IMG/VR virus record: IMGVR_UViG_3300042889_001061
Span: 47,145 to 111,144 of that record
Direction: 5' to 3' (one strand)
From: a virus
Length of the DNA: 64,000 nucleotides
Below the pieces are notes generated by a model that worked only from the letters and a program-made list of their open reading frames with translations, made no database searches and was not told the origin of the DNA. Both the position numbers and the translations under genes were made by a program. Positions 10,460 through 19,558 of the stretch are shown here, piece after piece. How positions within the stretch are numbered: the stretch's first letter is position 1; the number at the start of each line of letters is the position of its first letter.

Positions 10460-10546
10460 GGATAGTTGGTCGAGAGGCTTATGACACCAATCTCCGAAGT
10501 TGGCAAAGACGCGAGTCTTTCAGGGGTTCAAATCCCCTACTATCCT
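10460..10546 (+). tRNA. Atypical tRNA: Ser-type body with long variable arm, anticodon CCG (Arg); possible pseudogene
   Basis: Acceptor GGATAGT/ACTATCC; anticodon arm CCAAT-CTCCGAA-GTTGG; V-arm AAAGAC-GCGA-GTCTTT; T arm AGGGG-TTCAAAT-CCCCT; no encoded CCA. Confidence 0.8.
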
Positions 10547-10559
10547 CTAAGAACATTTT

Positions 10560-10805
10560 ATGAAAACAATTATTTTATTAACAACAATCTTACTATCGGG
10601 GTGTAGTTCACTGAACACAGTATTGTATAACAGTGCCAATGCTTGTTTAGAAGCACAGAAATCAATTAGTAAAGATTCTGCGATGACAGAAATTGCAAGA
10701 TTAAATGCAATACAAGAAATAGCAAAAACTGCCAACGATGAAACTAAAAGGACATTGTCGTCTTTAATAAATAATAAACGACAAACTGATATTATATGTA
10801 AATAA
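10560..10805 (+). CDS. Small lipoprotein
   Basis: Lipobox LSGC after hydrophobic N-terminus. Confidence 0.65.
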   Translation: MKTIILLTTILLSGCSSLNTVLYNSANACLEAQKSISKDSAMTEIARLNAIQEIAKTANDETKRTLSSLINNKRQTDIICK

Positions 10806-10810
10806 AAGTT

Positions 10811-11230
10811 AAGACTGTATGAAGTAGACAGAAAAGGATTCAAGACGCGGGGGCAGTGCCCGCCAGGTCCACCAAAAGTATTGTGAACAGAAACAAGTAA
10901 TGAACCCGAGCTGTGTACAGGCAGAGGTGTAGTGAACGAAAGTAAGTGGCACAGGCTAGTACAACGGAAGAGGTGTTAAACCCGTAGATTAAGTTCCTAC
11001 GCTCTCGCTCAACCGATGCCAGTAGATCGTACCTACTATACTTTTGATGGGCCTGACACAGGATCGATTGGGTCACAAGTATTGAAATGGACAGTCCGGC
11101 AATGTAGAAGCCGTTAGGATTGGGGATTTCCCGGTCGAAGAAGCAAAACAAAGTAACCGCAAACGACTCACAGTTCGCATTAGCTGCCTAAACTCAGCTT
11201 AGGGTAAGACATACCTCGTAACAGAAAATC
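10811..11230 (+). ncRNA. ssrA: Circularly permuted two-piece tmRNA; tag ANDSQFALAA (outer ends approximate)
   Basis: Acceptor piece ends ...GCGGG-GGCAGTG-CCCGC-CAGGTCC-ACCA at 10874; coding piece starts GGGCCTG at 11049 (G3:U70 Ala identity); tag ORF 11159-11191. Confidence 0.93.
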
Positions 11231-11231
11231 A

Positions 11232-11258
11232 GAAACCCGCTTCGGCGGGTTTTCTTTT
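11232..11258 (+). terminator. Rho-independent terminator after tmRNA
   Basis: GAAACCCGC-TTCG-GCGGGTTTT plus U-rich tail. Confidence 0.9.
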
Positions 11259-11309
11259 CTAATTAATTATAAAAATTTTAAAGAGTTCTTCGCTGAGATA
11301 GATGTATTA

Positions 11310-12194
11310 TCAGTTCGGGGAATCGTTGATTATCTCACTACTGCAATAGTATTTGCCACCGGTGGTCAGCAAATCGCTGATTAACTGATCCAAAGGTACA
11401 CTAATGAAATCTTTTCTGTAAGTATGTCTTGGACCTTGTATTACATAGTCTATATTTTCTGCACCAGACATTTTTGGAAAATATATTAAATCTTTACCCC
11501 AATATTTTCCATAATACATGCCTTTAATAAAGGAGTCCCACCAACTGATATTACGTACTCCTTGTTTTGTGTATAGTCCATGAGCATTAATAAATGCTGT
11601 CATTATATCGTCTTTAACTGTACTTACAACAACTTCGCTGGTTTTATCAAATAATATATATTCAGCGGTTCTGCCTAAAGTGTCTCCTGCACGTTTTCGT
11701 GACATTTCAAAAGTATGATAACCTTCATAAAAATGTGCAATACCTTTAACAAAGGTTATAAAAGGGCCGTCTCCGCCCTGCAAAAAGTTTACATCAGGTA
11801 ATTGGCCGAGAAACTTACTATGAATTATTTGAAATGGCGGAATATTTAAATTTTTACTGATGTCAAGTATTTCTTCTTTACAGGCCATGGGATCAATGTC
11901 AATGATATGTGATTTAAACTGCCAAGCACGTTCCAATTTTTTTAAATTATTAAACTCAATATCATTATAACCTGGCATATAAAGAAATGCAGTTTCAATT
12001 TTAATACCTTGATCCATAAAACTTCTCAACGCGGCTTGACTATCAACACCAGAACTAATACCTAATATAAGTTTGTCCCCCAGGGCAATTATATCTCTAG
12101 CTCGACGATTATACTCTTCTCGAAGATTGCCCACTTCCCACTGACATTGGTCGTATTCGATGTAAAATCCTTGGCTATCTGTGTTGAATTGCAT
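11310..12194 (-). CDS. PP-loop (adenine nucleotide alpha hydrolase-like) protein
   Basis: LGISSGVDS motif. Confidence 0.65.
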   Translation of the reverse strand: MQFNTDSQGFYIEYDQCQWEVGNLREEYNRRARDIIALGDKLILGISSGVDSQAALRSFMDQGIKIETAFLYMPGYNDIEFNNLKKLERAWQFKSHIIDIDPMACKEEILDISKNLNIPPFQIIHSKFLGQLPDVNFLQGGDGPFITFVKGIAHFYEGYHTFEMSRKRAGDTLGRTAEYILFDKTSEVVVSTVKDDIMTAFINAHGLYTKQGVRNISWWDSFIKGMYYGKYWGKDLIYFPKMSGAENIDYVIQGPRHTYRKDFISVPLDQLISDLLTTGGKYYCSSEIINDSPN

Positions 12195-12230
12195 ATTGTA
12201 TATTGCCTTAATAAATACATATTTATTACT

Positions 12231-13385
12231 ATGACAAACAAAAAATTAGGGTATTATACATGTGCCGGTCTGGAATTTGAATCTAAAATTCAAGCATGTC
12301 TACATGCAGTCGCCACAGGTAGGGAAGTTCAATGGCATTTTAACGATGAGATTTTTTCAAAACACAATTGGAGTGTAGAGCCGGAATTAAGTCTTGATGC
12401 ATTGTATAATTTAAGAAGTAAGCAGATTAGAGAAAAATACGACTATGTTGTATTAAGTTACAGCGGTGGCGCAGACAGTCATAATATCTTAATGAGCTTT
12501 ATCCGCCAGGGTCTACACATAGACGAAATTGTTGTAAACAACATGGAAAAAGCCAACCGGCAATTCACGGATCTCAATGTAAACAATACAGATCCAACTA
12601 ATACTCCCGCCGAGTTTAGATTACAGGCTGTACCTAGATTAAAGGAAATCGCAGTACTAATTCCTAGAACAAAAATCACAGTCTGTGATCTCAGTGAACA
12701 CTTGTTTGACTACATGAATTCGGCCAAAGATGCCAGTTGGGTATTAGGCCGCAAGGAAGGCCTTAACGCTGCCAATGCCACTAGATATAATTATTTGGCC
12801 ATGACTGAAATTAGAAAACAGTTTGATAAAAACAAGTCCATGGTCATTGTTGTGGGCGTGGACAAACCACGTTGTTTTATACGCAATGGTGATTTTTATA
12901 TTAGATTTGCAGATCGTGCTGCCAACATTGTTCCAATCCCCGATCACTTGAACGAGTACACAAACAGCACGGTAGAACTATACTATTGGAGTCCGGACAG
13001 TATAGATATTTTAACTAAACAAGCACATGTTGTTCGTCGCTGGTTAAAATTTAAACCTGAAATGCAAAAATTGTTTGACAGTGATGTAATGGCAGATCCC
13101 AAAATATTTAGAATTTACCACGAGCAACTTCTTAAAAATATTGTATATACGACATGGAATGAAAATTGGTTTCAAACAGATAAAGCAGTCAAAGACTGGA
13201 CCAGTGAATTTGATCAATGGTTTGAAGATGGATACAGTGATACAAGAGCATATGGTATTTGGCTGGAAGGCGTTAACTTCGTCAAGGACAAGCTACACAC
13301 ATTTGCCAATCATCGCAATGGCGATCTCGATGGCTTAAAGCTGTTTGGAAAAAACTATAAAATAGGATCTTTTGCAGATCGTTGA
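12231..13385 (+). CDS. PP-loop (adenine nucleotide alpha hydrolase-like) protein
   Basis: LSYSGGADS motif; start moved to MTNKK. Confidence 0.72.
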   Translation: MTNKKLGYYTCAGLEFESKIQACLHAVATGREVQWHFNDEIFSKHNWSVEPELSLDALYNLRSKQIREKYDYVVLSYSGGADSHNILMSFIRQGLHIDEIVVNNMEKANRQFTDLNVNNTDPTNTPAEFRLQAVPRLKEIAVLIPRTKITVCDLSEHLFDYMNSAKDASWVLGRKEGLNAANATRYNYLAMTEIRKQFDKNKSMVIVVGVDKPRCFIRNGDFYIRFADRAANIVPIPDHLNEYTNSTVELYYWSPDSIDILTKQAHVVRRWLKFKPEMQKLFDSDVMADPKIFRIYHEQLLKNIVYTTWNENWFQTDKAVKDWTSEFDQWFEDGYSDTRAYGIWLEGVNFVKDKLHTFANHRNGDLDGLKLFGKNYKIGSFADR

Positions 13386-13387
13386 TT

Positions 13388-14293
13388 TTATTGTTTAATT
13401 TCTAGTTTATTGTTTTGTATAAATTTAGTCAACGCTCGATTTGATTTTAATACAGAATTTATCATCCAGGGCTCTGTTGAGCCTATGGGCAATAAACCTG
13501 CAACAAACGTAGTATCTTTAAATTCCTTGCTGGATAATATCTTCGAAACATCTGCGATAATTTTATTCTTATTGTCAGTTTCCATAGATTTAGAAACTAC
13601 TAATGCTACATAACTTTGATATGGAAATGGTTCTTTAAAGTATTGTTCCCATGTAAGAATTTTATCTCCCATGTCATGACTGGCAAATAACACAGTGATT
13701 CGTGGATCAGTGATTATTACTTTGATGCCTGCATAGTTGCCAAACGTACAATCTACATTTCCAGCCAGTACGTCCAATGCACCTTTGTTGCCGCCTGCAG
13801 GATAAGGTATTGCCAAATGCTTGCCTTTGGCATGAACAAACAAAGATTCGGATGCAATATGTTCGGAGCTGCCATAACCGTTAATGGCAAAACTCAATGA
13901 TTTTGTTGTTGATAAAAAGTCGTCAAACGTTTTGATTCCTAGTTTTGAATTACATATTAATAAATTTGGAAGAACAGCAACGACTGCTAATATTTCCAAG
14001 TCTGTGTCTGGATTGTATTCCAAATCTTTAAACATCATTGGATTGGTTACATATATTTGTGGTACAGTGGCCATTAAAACACTGTTGCCTTGTAAGACAT
14101 GTTTGACTGCGATTCTGCCGGCACCACCAGGACGATTTTGCACAATATAGCCAGCAGACGCTGGTAAGTTTTTTGTGATCAATCTGGCAATTCTATCGCT
14201 GGGTCCACCCGGAGCATGATGAACAGTGAATTCTACAGCATGAGCCGAAATGCATATACACATTCCCAAAAGTATTTTTTTAAGTTTATTCAT
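13388..14293 (-). CDS. Tripartite tricarboxylate transporter substrate-binding protein (Bug/TctC family)
   Basis: Signal peptide, PGGPSDRIAR, NRPGGAGRIA, IPYPAGG..DVLAGNVD. Confidence 0.88.
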   Translation of the reverse strand: MNKLKKILLGMCICISAHAVEFTVHHAPGGPSDRIARLITKNLPASAGYIVQNRPGGAGRIAVKHVLQGNSVLMATVPQIYVTNPMMFKDLEYNPDTDLEILAVVAVLPNLLICNSKLGIKTFDDFLSTTKSLSFAINGYGSSEHIASESLFVHAKGKHLAIPYPAGGNKGALDVLAGNVDCTFGNYAGIKVIITDPRITVLFASHDMGDKILTWEQYFKEPFPYQSYVALVVSKSMETDNKNKIIADVSKILSSKEFKDTTFVAGLLPIGSTEPWMINSVLKSNRALTKFIQNNKLEIKQ

Positions 14294-14356
14294 AGAATAA
14301 TATTTAGTTCTTGCTTATTGTTATTTTGGCTATGCACTCTTAAAGTGCTGGTGAAA

Positions 14357-14503
14357 TTGTAATCTAAGATTAACTAACTTGTAATCTAACTCACTAGACA
14401 AAAAAATTGAAATTAGTTATACTTACTATAACTATAAGATACACTGAAGTACTAGTACTACAGAGTATTAGTATTAAGAAGTATAGACTACATTAAGTAT
14501 TAA
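14357..14503 (+). promoter_or_regulatory. Candidate regulator sites upstream of the LuxR-family gene
   Basis: TTGTAATCTAA at 14357 and 14379 (22 bp apart); AGTATTA(G/A) at 14464, 14470, 14496. Confidence 0.5.
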
Positions 14504-14534
14504 CATAGCAGACCTAACAACGAAAAAACTTTAT

Positions 14535-15659
14535 ATGAAAACAGCAGACAATGTAAAAAAGACAATTTTATTTTATCAGCCAGATAGATATACTCGGCAT
14601 GCAGATAGCATCGTGGCAGATGCATATCTCGAAGAACACATTCTTTGTAATTTTTTAATTGCACTTACCTGGGATGATTTTGTCAGTAAATTAAACTTAA
14701 ACCCTGACTTAGTGGGTTTTCACTGTGATTTATTTGACAACGAAGAATTAAGTATTCATCAATTAATAAAAGCAATAGAAATAACTCTCAAGCTAAAAAA
14801 TAACCAAGCAGATATTTTTGTAAAAGTTAATAAAAAAACTTGTCGAGAAACTATTGATATGTTGAGAAACACAAACATCATAGGTCTGCAATTTGATCGG
14901 GGAGACTTTGGTTTAGAATATGCCACAGAATCCTTTCGAAAATTACTAACAGATAGACATCATTGGCCTGAAGAAGTTATTGCTACATCGTTAGAACATC
15001 AAGAAAATAAACGACCTTTGCACGTTTATTTTAGAGATGATATGGAGGTATATTATGACCCAGTAAGATTTGTAGAAGTAACAAAAGATATTAATGCTAG
15101 ATTTCTAATGTGTAAAAGTTTGAATGAGTTAAGTATAGCATTATCCGAGCGTCCTAAGAATCTTGTATTTCATATAGACATGGTTAGACGGCATGGCGGA
15201 ACAATATCAGAGTTTATGATGATGTTAGAAACTATGACGAAATACACTAATACAAAAATTAAACCTAACATCGGTGTTGGTATAGAAGCAGATACACATT
15301 TATCGACAATTAAAGAATTACAAAAACACAGAATACTGGCAATAGTACCAAGTGCAAAAACATTTGGCACAACTAGTACTCGCAGTGCCATAGAAGTAAT
15401 GCTGAATAATGAATCGCATTGGCCCAAAGACATTATCAGTACTCTTCCTGGCAATGAAAACAAAGTAAAAAATAAAAATAATAATGCCCTAACAATTAGA
15501 CAACAAGAAGTATTTGATCTAATTGCTAAACGAGGTCTAAGCAACAAGCAAATCGCCAGAGTGCTAAATATATCTGAGAGCACAGTTAAGATTCATGTCA
15601 GCGCAGTCATGAAGAACCTTTGTGTTAGAAATAGAACACAATTGGCCTTAACGAAATAA
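14535..15659 (+). CDS. LuxR/NarL-family HTH regulator with two degenerate receiver-like domains
   Basis: LTIRQQEVFDLIAKRGLSNKQIARVLNISESTVKIHVSAVMKNL; internal duplication, each unit ending HWP...ENK. Confidence 0.88.
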   Translation: MKTADNVKKTILFYQPDRYTRHADSIVADAYLEEHILCNFLIALTWDDFVSKLNLNPDLVGFHCDLFDNEELSIHQLIKAIEITLKLKNNQADIFVKVNKKTCRETIDMLRNTNIIGLQFDRGDFGLEYATESFRKLLTDRHHWPEEVIATSLEHQENKRPLHVYFRDDMEVYYDPVRFVEVTKDINARFLMCKSLNELSIALSERPKNLVFHIDMVRRHGGTISEFMMMLETMTKYTNTKIKPNIGVGIEADTHLSTIKELQKHRILAIVPSAKTFGTTSTRSAIEVMLNNESHWPKDIISTLPGNENKVKNKNNNALTIRQQEVFDLIAKRGLSNKQIARVLNISESTVKIHVSAVMKNLCVRNRTQLALTK

Positions 15660-15847
15660 TTAACAGCGTATATATCCGTATCCAAAACATCTTCTAATAC
15701 TGAAGCCAATCTAATACTAAGTCATAGCACAACTTAGTATATTTCCTTTTAAGTAATTTAGTAGCAAGCTAGAAATAGATTTTTAGTTTGCACAAACACT
15801 AGGGCGTAATAACAGTCCTAGTATTATTTACTTTAAGGAAAAATAAT

Positions 15848-16402
15848 ATGGCTGACATGTTAACAACAGATCCCTTCTTCGCACTTACAAATCAAGTAGC
15901 TGGCGTAAGAGAGAAAGTTTCCGATAGCATTTTCGAAAACTACAAACTACAAGTTGCTCAAACCAACGACATCAACAACCGTGCTATGCAAGTTGCATTA
16001 CACGATGCTACTGAACTATCTACTATCAAGCAAGAAATTGCTAATGGCACGCTTCAGACTATGTTGGCTGCTAGTCGTACAGACGCACAGATCGGTGCCA
16101 CAAGTGCTGCTCAACAACGTTTGATCATGGAACAAGCAGAAGCTACACGTCGTTTAATCGTCGACTTGAACACACAAAACTTGAACACAGCGTTGATCAA
16201 CACAAACACAGCATTGACTGGTTTGGGTGTATCATACGGTGGTTTAGGTCTTGCATATGGTGGCGCAGTGAGTGCTTACCAAAGTGCTAACTCTACATCA
16301 GCAATCAATGCATTGAACAGCGCAATCGCTAGTCAAGGTATGGTTACTGTAGGTGCTGGCGCAGTAGGCGGTACACAAACTGCTACACCAACAAGCGTTT
16401 AA
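15848..16402 (+). CDS. Ala/Gln/Thr-rich helical protein, probably structural
   Basis: AAGGAA RBS; coiled-coil character; C-terminal GAGAVGGTQTATPTSV. Confidence 0.7.
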   Translation: MADMLTTDPFFALTNQVAGVREKVSDSIFENYKLQVAQTNDINNRAMQVALHDATELSTIKQEIANGTLQTMLAASRTDAQIGATSAAQQRLIMEQAEATRRLIVDLNTQNLNTALINTNTALTGLGVSYGGLGLAYGGAVSAYQSANSTSAINALNSAIASQGMVTVGAGAVGGTQTATPTSV

Positions 16403-16421
16403 TCGCTAAAGGAGGCCTACT

Positions 16422-16607
16422 ATGTATCCATACTTAGGCGGATATGGTAGAGGCTTGGGGGGATTCCCTCGAGGCTATCTAGGAGCTGGCATAGGATATC
16501 CCTATCAAGGCTTCTGGGGCTACCCAGGTTGTGGTTGGGGCTACCCAGGTTATGGCATTGGCTGCTACGGCGGTTATGGCTATGGTTATGGCGGCGGCTT
16601 ACTATAA
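16422..16607 (+). CDS. Gly/Tyr-rich low-complexity protein
   Basis: AGGAGG RBS; GYG/GYPG repeats. Confidence 0.75.
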   Translation: MYPYLGGYGRGLGGFPRGYLGAGIGYPYQGFWGYPGCGWGYPGYGIGCYGGYGYGYGGGLL

Positions 16608-16624
16608 TCTAAAATAGTAAAGTA

Positions 16625-16657
16625 AGTAGGTTGGCTCATAAGGCTGACCTACTTTTT
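16625..16657 (+). terminator. Intra-operon terminator/stabilising hairpin
   Basis: AGTAGGTTGGC-loop-GCTGACCTACT-TTTT. Confidence 0.7.
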
Positions 16658-16673
16658 AATAAAGGAGATTGTT

Positions 16674-16883
16674 ATGTACGGTTATTTGTACCCATTTTAT
16701 AGAAGTCCATATATTGGAGGTTACGGAGGTTACGGCTATGGCTATCCATACAACTATGGTGGCTATTACAACAATAATGTTAGTAATGTTATAGGTAGCG
16801 CAGTTGCTAACCAATCAATGAATACTATTGGCGCCGGAGCCATAGGTGGCATTCAAGTTGCTACACCTACTGTAATTTGGTAA
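16674..16883 (+). CDS. Gly/Tyr-rich protein sharing the C-terminal motif of 15848..16402
   Basis: AAGGAG RBS; ends GAGAIGGIQVATPTVIW. Confidence 0.75.
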   Translation: MYGYLYPFYRSPYIGGYGGYGYGYPYNYGGYYNNNVSNVIGSAVANQSMNTIGAGAIGGIQVATPTVIW

Positions 16884-16895
16884 AAGGAATTTAAG

Positions 16896-17636
16896 ATGTA
16901 TATCAGAAGCACTACACCAAAGCCAACTCCATTACCAGAAAAAGAAAAGTTGTGGATTACAGTTGACCCAGATCAACCCAATGGTGATTGTGAACCTCTG
17001 CCGCCCGTTGAATTAAAAAATAAAATAGGCGCAACCGATCCATTACCAAGTGTAGTAATAAATGAAGCTACTATGACATTTAGAATGAATAGTAGAACAT
17101 TATGGACAAAATACGCATTAGGTCTAGTTAATTTTGCTGTCAGTGATGTTGCCGACTTACCCACAACAGACAGTGTAGAACAACGTATGTATAAATCATC
17201 TACACTGATAGGTGATTTCTTTGTTCCTTATTATGGTATTCGTGCAGGCAGTGATATTGCAAAATTGCTAACTGAGATATTTAAAAATGGTGTTGATGTA
17301 GTTGCCGCAGTTAAAAAACAACAAGACACGGTTCCATATCAAATTAAATGGGCAGAACAAACAAAAGAACTTGCTGAATTGTTTAATAAATTAAACCCAA
17401 GTCAATACCCAACTTCATTATTACAAGAAATGTTAGATGCTTTAACTAAGTTATGGTTAGATAACATCATTGCTAGATATACTAACAATATTATTCTTAA
17501 TGCTGAAAGTATAGATGGCATTAACAAATTAGTTATCACTGGTATTGCTAATCACGTTAACAAAGGTTATCAGAGTTTAGCAGATGTGTTAAGTCGTGGA
17601 GTTATTGCTCAATATCCATTATCATTTTTGGAATAA
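16896..17636 (+). CDS. Helical-bundle protein, paralog of 21284..21976
   Basis: RTLW...FFVPYYG...LFNKLNP...LSRGVIAQYP; resembles, from memory, a Firmicutes family often labelled 'acetylglutamate kinase', but no kinase motifs are visible. Confidence 0.6.
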   Translation: MYIRSTTPKPTPLPEKEKLWITVDPDQPNGDCEPLPPVELKNKIGATDPLPSVVINEATMTFRMNSRTLWTKYALGLVNFAVSDVADLPTTDSVEQRMYKSSTLIGDFFVPYYGIRAGSDIAKLLTEIFKNGVDVVAAVKKQQDTVPYQIKWAEQTKELAELFNKLNPSQYPTSLLQEMLDALTKLWLDNIIARYTNNIILNAESIDGINKLVITGIANHVNKGYQSLADVLSRGVIAQYPLSFLE

Positions 17637-17639
17637 GAA

Positions 17640-17879
17640 ATGGCGATAATAAACGTTCAGTCTAACAAGAATATTGAGTTTTTAGACTTAGAAGTTCACG
17701 CTGTCATGTGTGAACAACGACGTCTTGCACTAGAAGAAAAAATTAATTCAGTTGCACTTCGTATCAACGATTATGAACAGCAACAACTAGCAAACAAAAG
17801 ATTAATGCTAGGTGCAATAGTTTCTATTGCTACGGGCATTATCACAACAATAGTGTCTTTAGTAGGGAGGAATTTTTAA
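17640..17879 (+). CDS. Coiled-coil plus C-terminal TM protein (XhlA/holin-like architecture)
   Basis: CEQRRLALEEKINSV then a hydrophobic helix. Confidence 0.55.
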   Translation: MAIINVQSNKNIEFLDLEVHAVMCEQRRLALEEKINSVALRINDYEQQQLANKRLMLGAIVSIATGIITTIVSLVGRNF

Positions 17880-17880
17880 A

Positions 17881-18498
17881 ATGAATCAACTTGAAATAAA
17901 CAGACAACGAGCACAATTATTAACAACAGCAAGAAATATGCTCAATGAAGAATATCAACGACAACGCAGTGAGCAATATACTAAGTGGCAAAGCGAATCA
18001 AATCACCTATGGATATCAAAAGGTATAATGTTGCCATATCCTAGTTCTTTTGGTTATCCCACTGAAGAAGAAGTTGTTGCAAAAGCATTAGAATTATATA
18101 ACACACAAAATAATAAACCAGTATCAAACACTGGTGTCGAATTACCTAAAACAGATGAATCAATGACTTCATCTGTGACAGCAAAACTAATGGAAGTTAG
18201 TCACAATGTTCGACCGGTTGTAATGCCAGAAGTACCTGATGTAACACCTTGGGAACAATACTTGGTGCCTGAACCAATTAAACAACCAGTACCGATTGTA
18301 GAAGAACCTGTAATAGAAGATGTTGTTGCCAAGGAACCCGAACTAATCGTAGAAGAGGAAGTAGCAGAACCTGAACTAACAGAAGAACAAATAGAAGAAG
18401 TAAAAAGTAATTCTAGATTAAGAGGGTTACTGGCACAATTTATTACCATGGCTAAAGGGCTTGATGCCAAAGCCCAAAAAGATGAAGGAACAAAATAA
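17881..18498 (+). CDS. Paralog of 23658..23918 with an acidic Pro/Glu-rich extension
   Basis: [12 protein letters not shown]...[14 protein letters not shown] vs RLELLKMSKEML...FPTEEEIIKKAKVL. Confidence 0.65.
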   Translation: MNQLEINRQRAQLLTTARNMLNEEYQRQRSEQYTKWQSESNHLWISKGIMLPYPSSFGYPTEEEVVAKALELYNTQNNKPVSNTGVELPKTDESMTSSVTAKLMEVSHNVRPVVMPEVPDVTPWEQYLVPEPIKQPVPIVEEPVIEDVVAKEPELIVEEEVAEPELTEEQIEEVKSNSRLRGLLAQFITMAKGLDAKAQKDEGTK

Positions 18499-18998
18499 TG
18501 TTTAATAATTTATTATTCAATAGAAGACCATTAAGAAGAGTTATTCGTCGTCCAGTATATAGACGTCCTATAATTAATCAGTATGGCGGCAATGGCAGTG
18601 ATATATTTTATAACAGCGGTGGAGGAGTTGGACCACCAGGGCCACCAGGGCCACCAGGGCCACCAGGACCACCAGGGCCACCAGGGCCACCAGGGCCTCC
18701 GGGCACACCAGGATTAGTGCCAGTAACCGTAGTAAACACAAGTCCTTATATTGCTTTACCCACTGATTATGATCTTGCTGTTACTGCTAACGCAGTTATA
18801 CCTGCCAGCATAGTGTTACCAGCAAGTCCTGTTGGAACTGTTTTTATTGTAAAAGACGCCGCAGGAGTGGCAAATATAAATTCAATCACAGTATCTGCCA
18901 TAGCATCGACTATTGACGGAGCAGCCAGTGCTGTTATCGATGCTCCATATGGTAGTTTACAATTTATATTCAACGGCATAGAATGGAACATAGTATAA
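18498..18998 (+). CDS. Collagen-like protein, (GPP)8 plus beta-rich C-terminal domain
   Basis: Arg-rich N-terminus, GPP repeats, C-domain LPA..G.VFIVKD..G.A....ITV....IDGA. Confidence 0.85.
   Translation: MFNNLLFNRRPLRRVIRRPVYRRPIINQYGGNGSDIFYNSGGGVGPPGPPGPPGPPGPPGPPGPPGPPGTPGLVPVTVVNTSPYIALPTDYDLAVTANAVIPASIVLPASPVGTVFIVKDAAGVANINSITVSAIASTIDGAASAVIDAPYGSLQFIFNGIEWNIV
18630..18701 (+). repeat. 9-bp tandem repeat encoding Gly-Pro-Pro x8
   Basis: GG(A/G)CCACCA units, last unit GGGCCTCCG. Confidence 0.9.
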
Positions 18999-19549
18999 TG
19001 GCATACAAAGCACCACTTGCTTCAACAACCGATTTTGGAATTATGAAAGTCGGCACCGGTTTATCAGTTACTGATGGAACCGTTAACGCATCAACCGGCT
19101 TACTCAATTATGGATTTTTTGAAAACGGAACACAAACTAATCCAGTGGCCAGTGCAATTAATTTAGCATCATTTAGTATAACTGGTCCAGCAAATGGAAT
19201 TAGTATAGTTGGTGGTACTCAACTTACAGTAGTCAACGCTGGAACATACAACACGGTGTTTACAATGAATGTAAACAAAACATCCGGTGGCGCCAGCACT
19301 ATTAGCATATGGCTACGTCTAAATGGAGCAGACATTGCAGGCTCAGCACAAGATTTAATTTTAACAGGAGCATTGGATACAATCTTCGTTACAGGCAATT
19401 ATACATTGGATATACCTGCAGGAGGCAATATAGAAATATGCTGGAGTAGTGCTGACACTACCATGCAGTTATTGGCATTGCCAGCAAGAGTTGGTCCAGT
19501 GCGTCCAAGCGGCGCCAGTGTAAAAGTTACACTAACAAGAATTAGTTAA
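18998..19549 (+). CDS. BclA C-terminal/C1q-like beta-sandwich protein
   Basis: GISIVGGTQLTVVNAGTYNTVF...IWLRLNGADIAGS...ASVKVTLTRIS. Confidence 0.65.
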   Translation: MAYKAPLASTTDFGIMKVGTGLSVTDGTVNASTGLLNYGFFENGTQTNPVASAINLASFSITGPANGISIVGGTQLTVVNAGTYNTVFTMNVNKTSGGASTISIWLRLNGADIAGSAQDLILTGALDTIFVTGNYTLDIPAGGNIEICWSSADTTMQLLALPARVGPVRPSGASVKVTLTRIS

Positions 19550-19558
19550 GGAAATAAT

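Noticed and set aside
10840-11151. Minus-strand 103-aa ORF
   Set aside because: Antisense shadow of the tmRNA.
15848-16883. Direct assignment as RebB R-body or curli genes
   Set aside because: Composition is similar but the characteristic repeat motifs are not recognisable.
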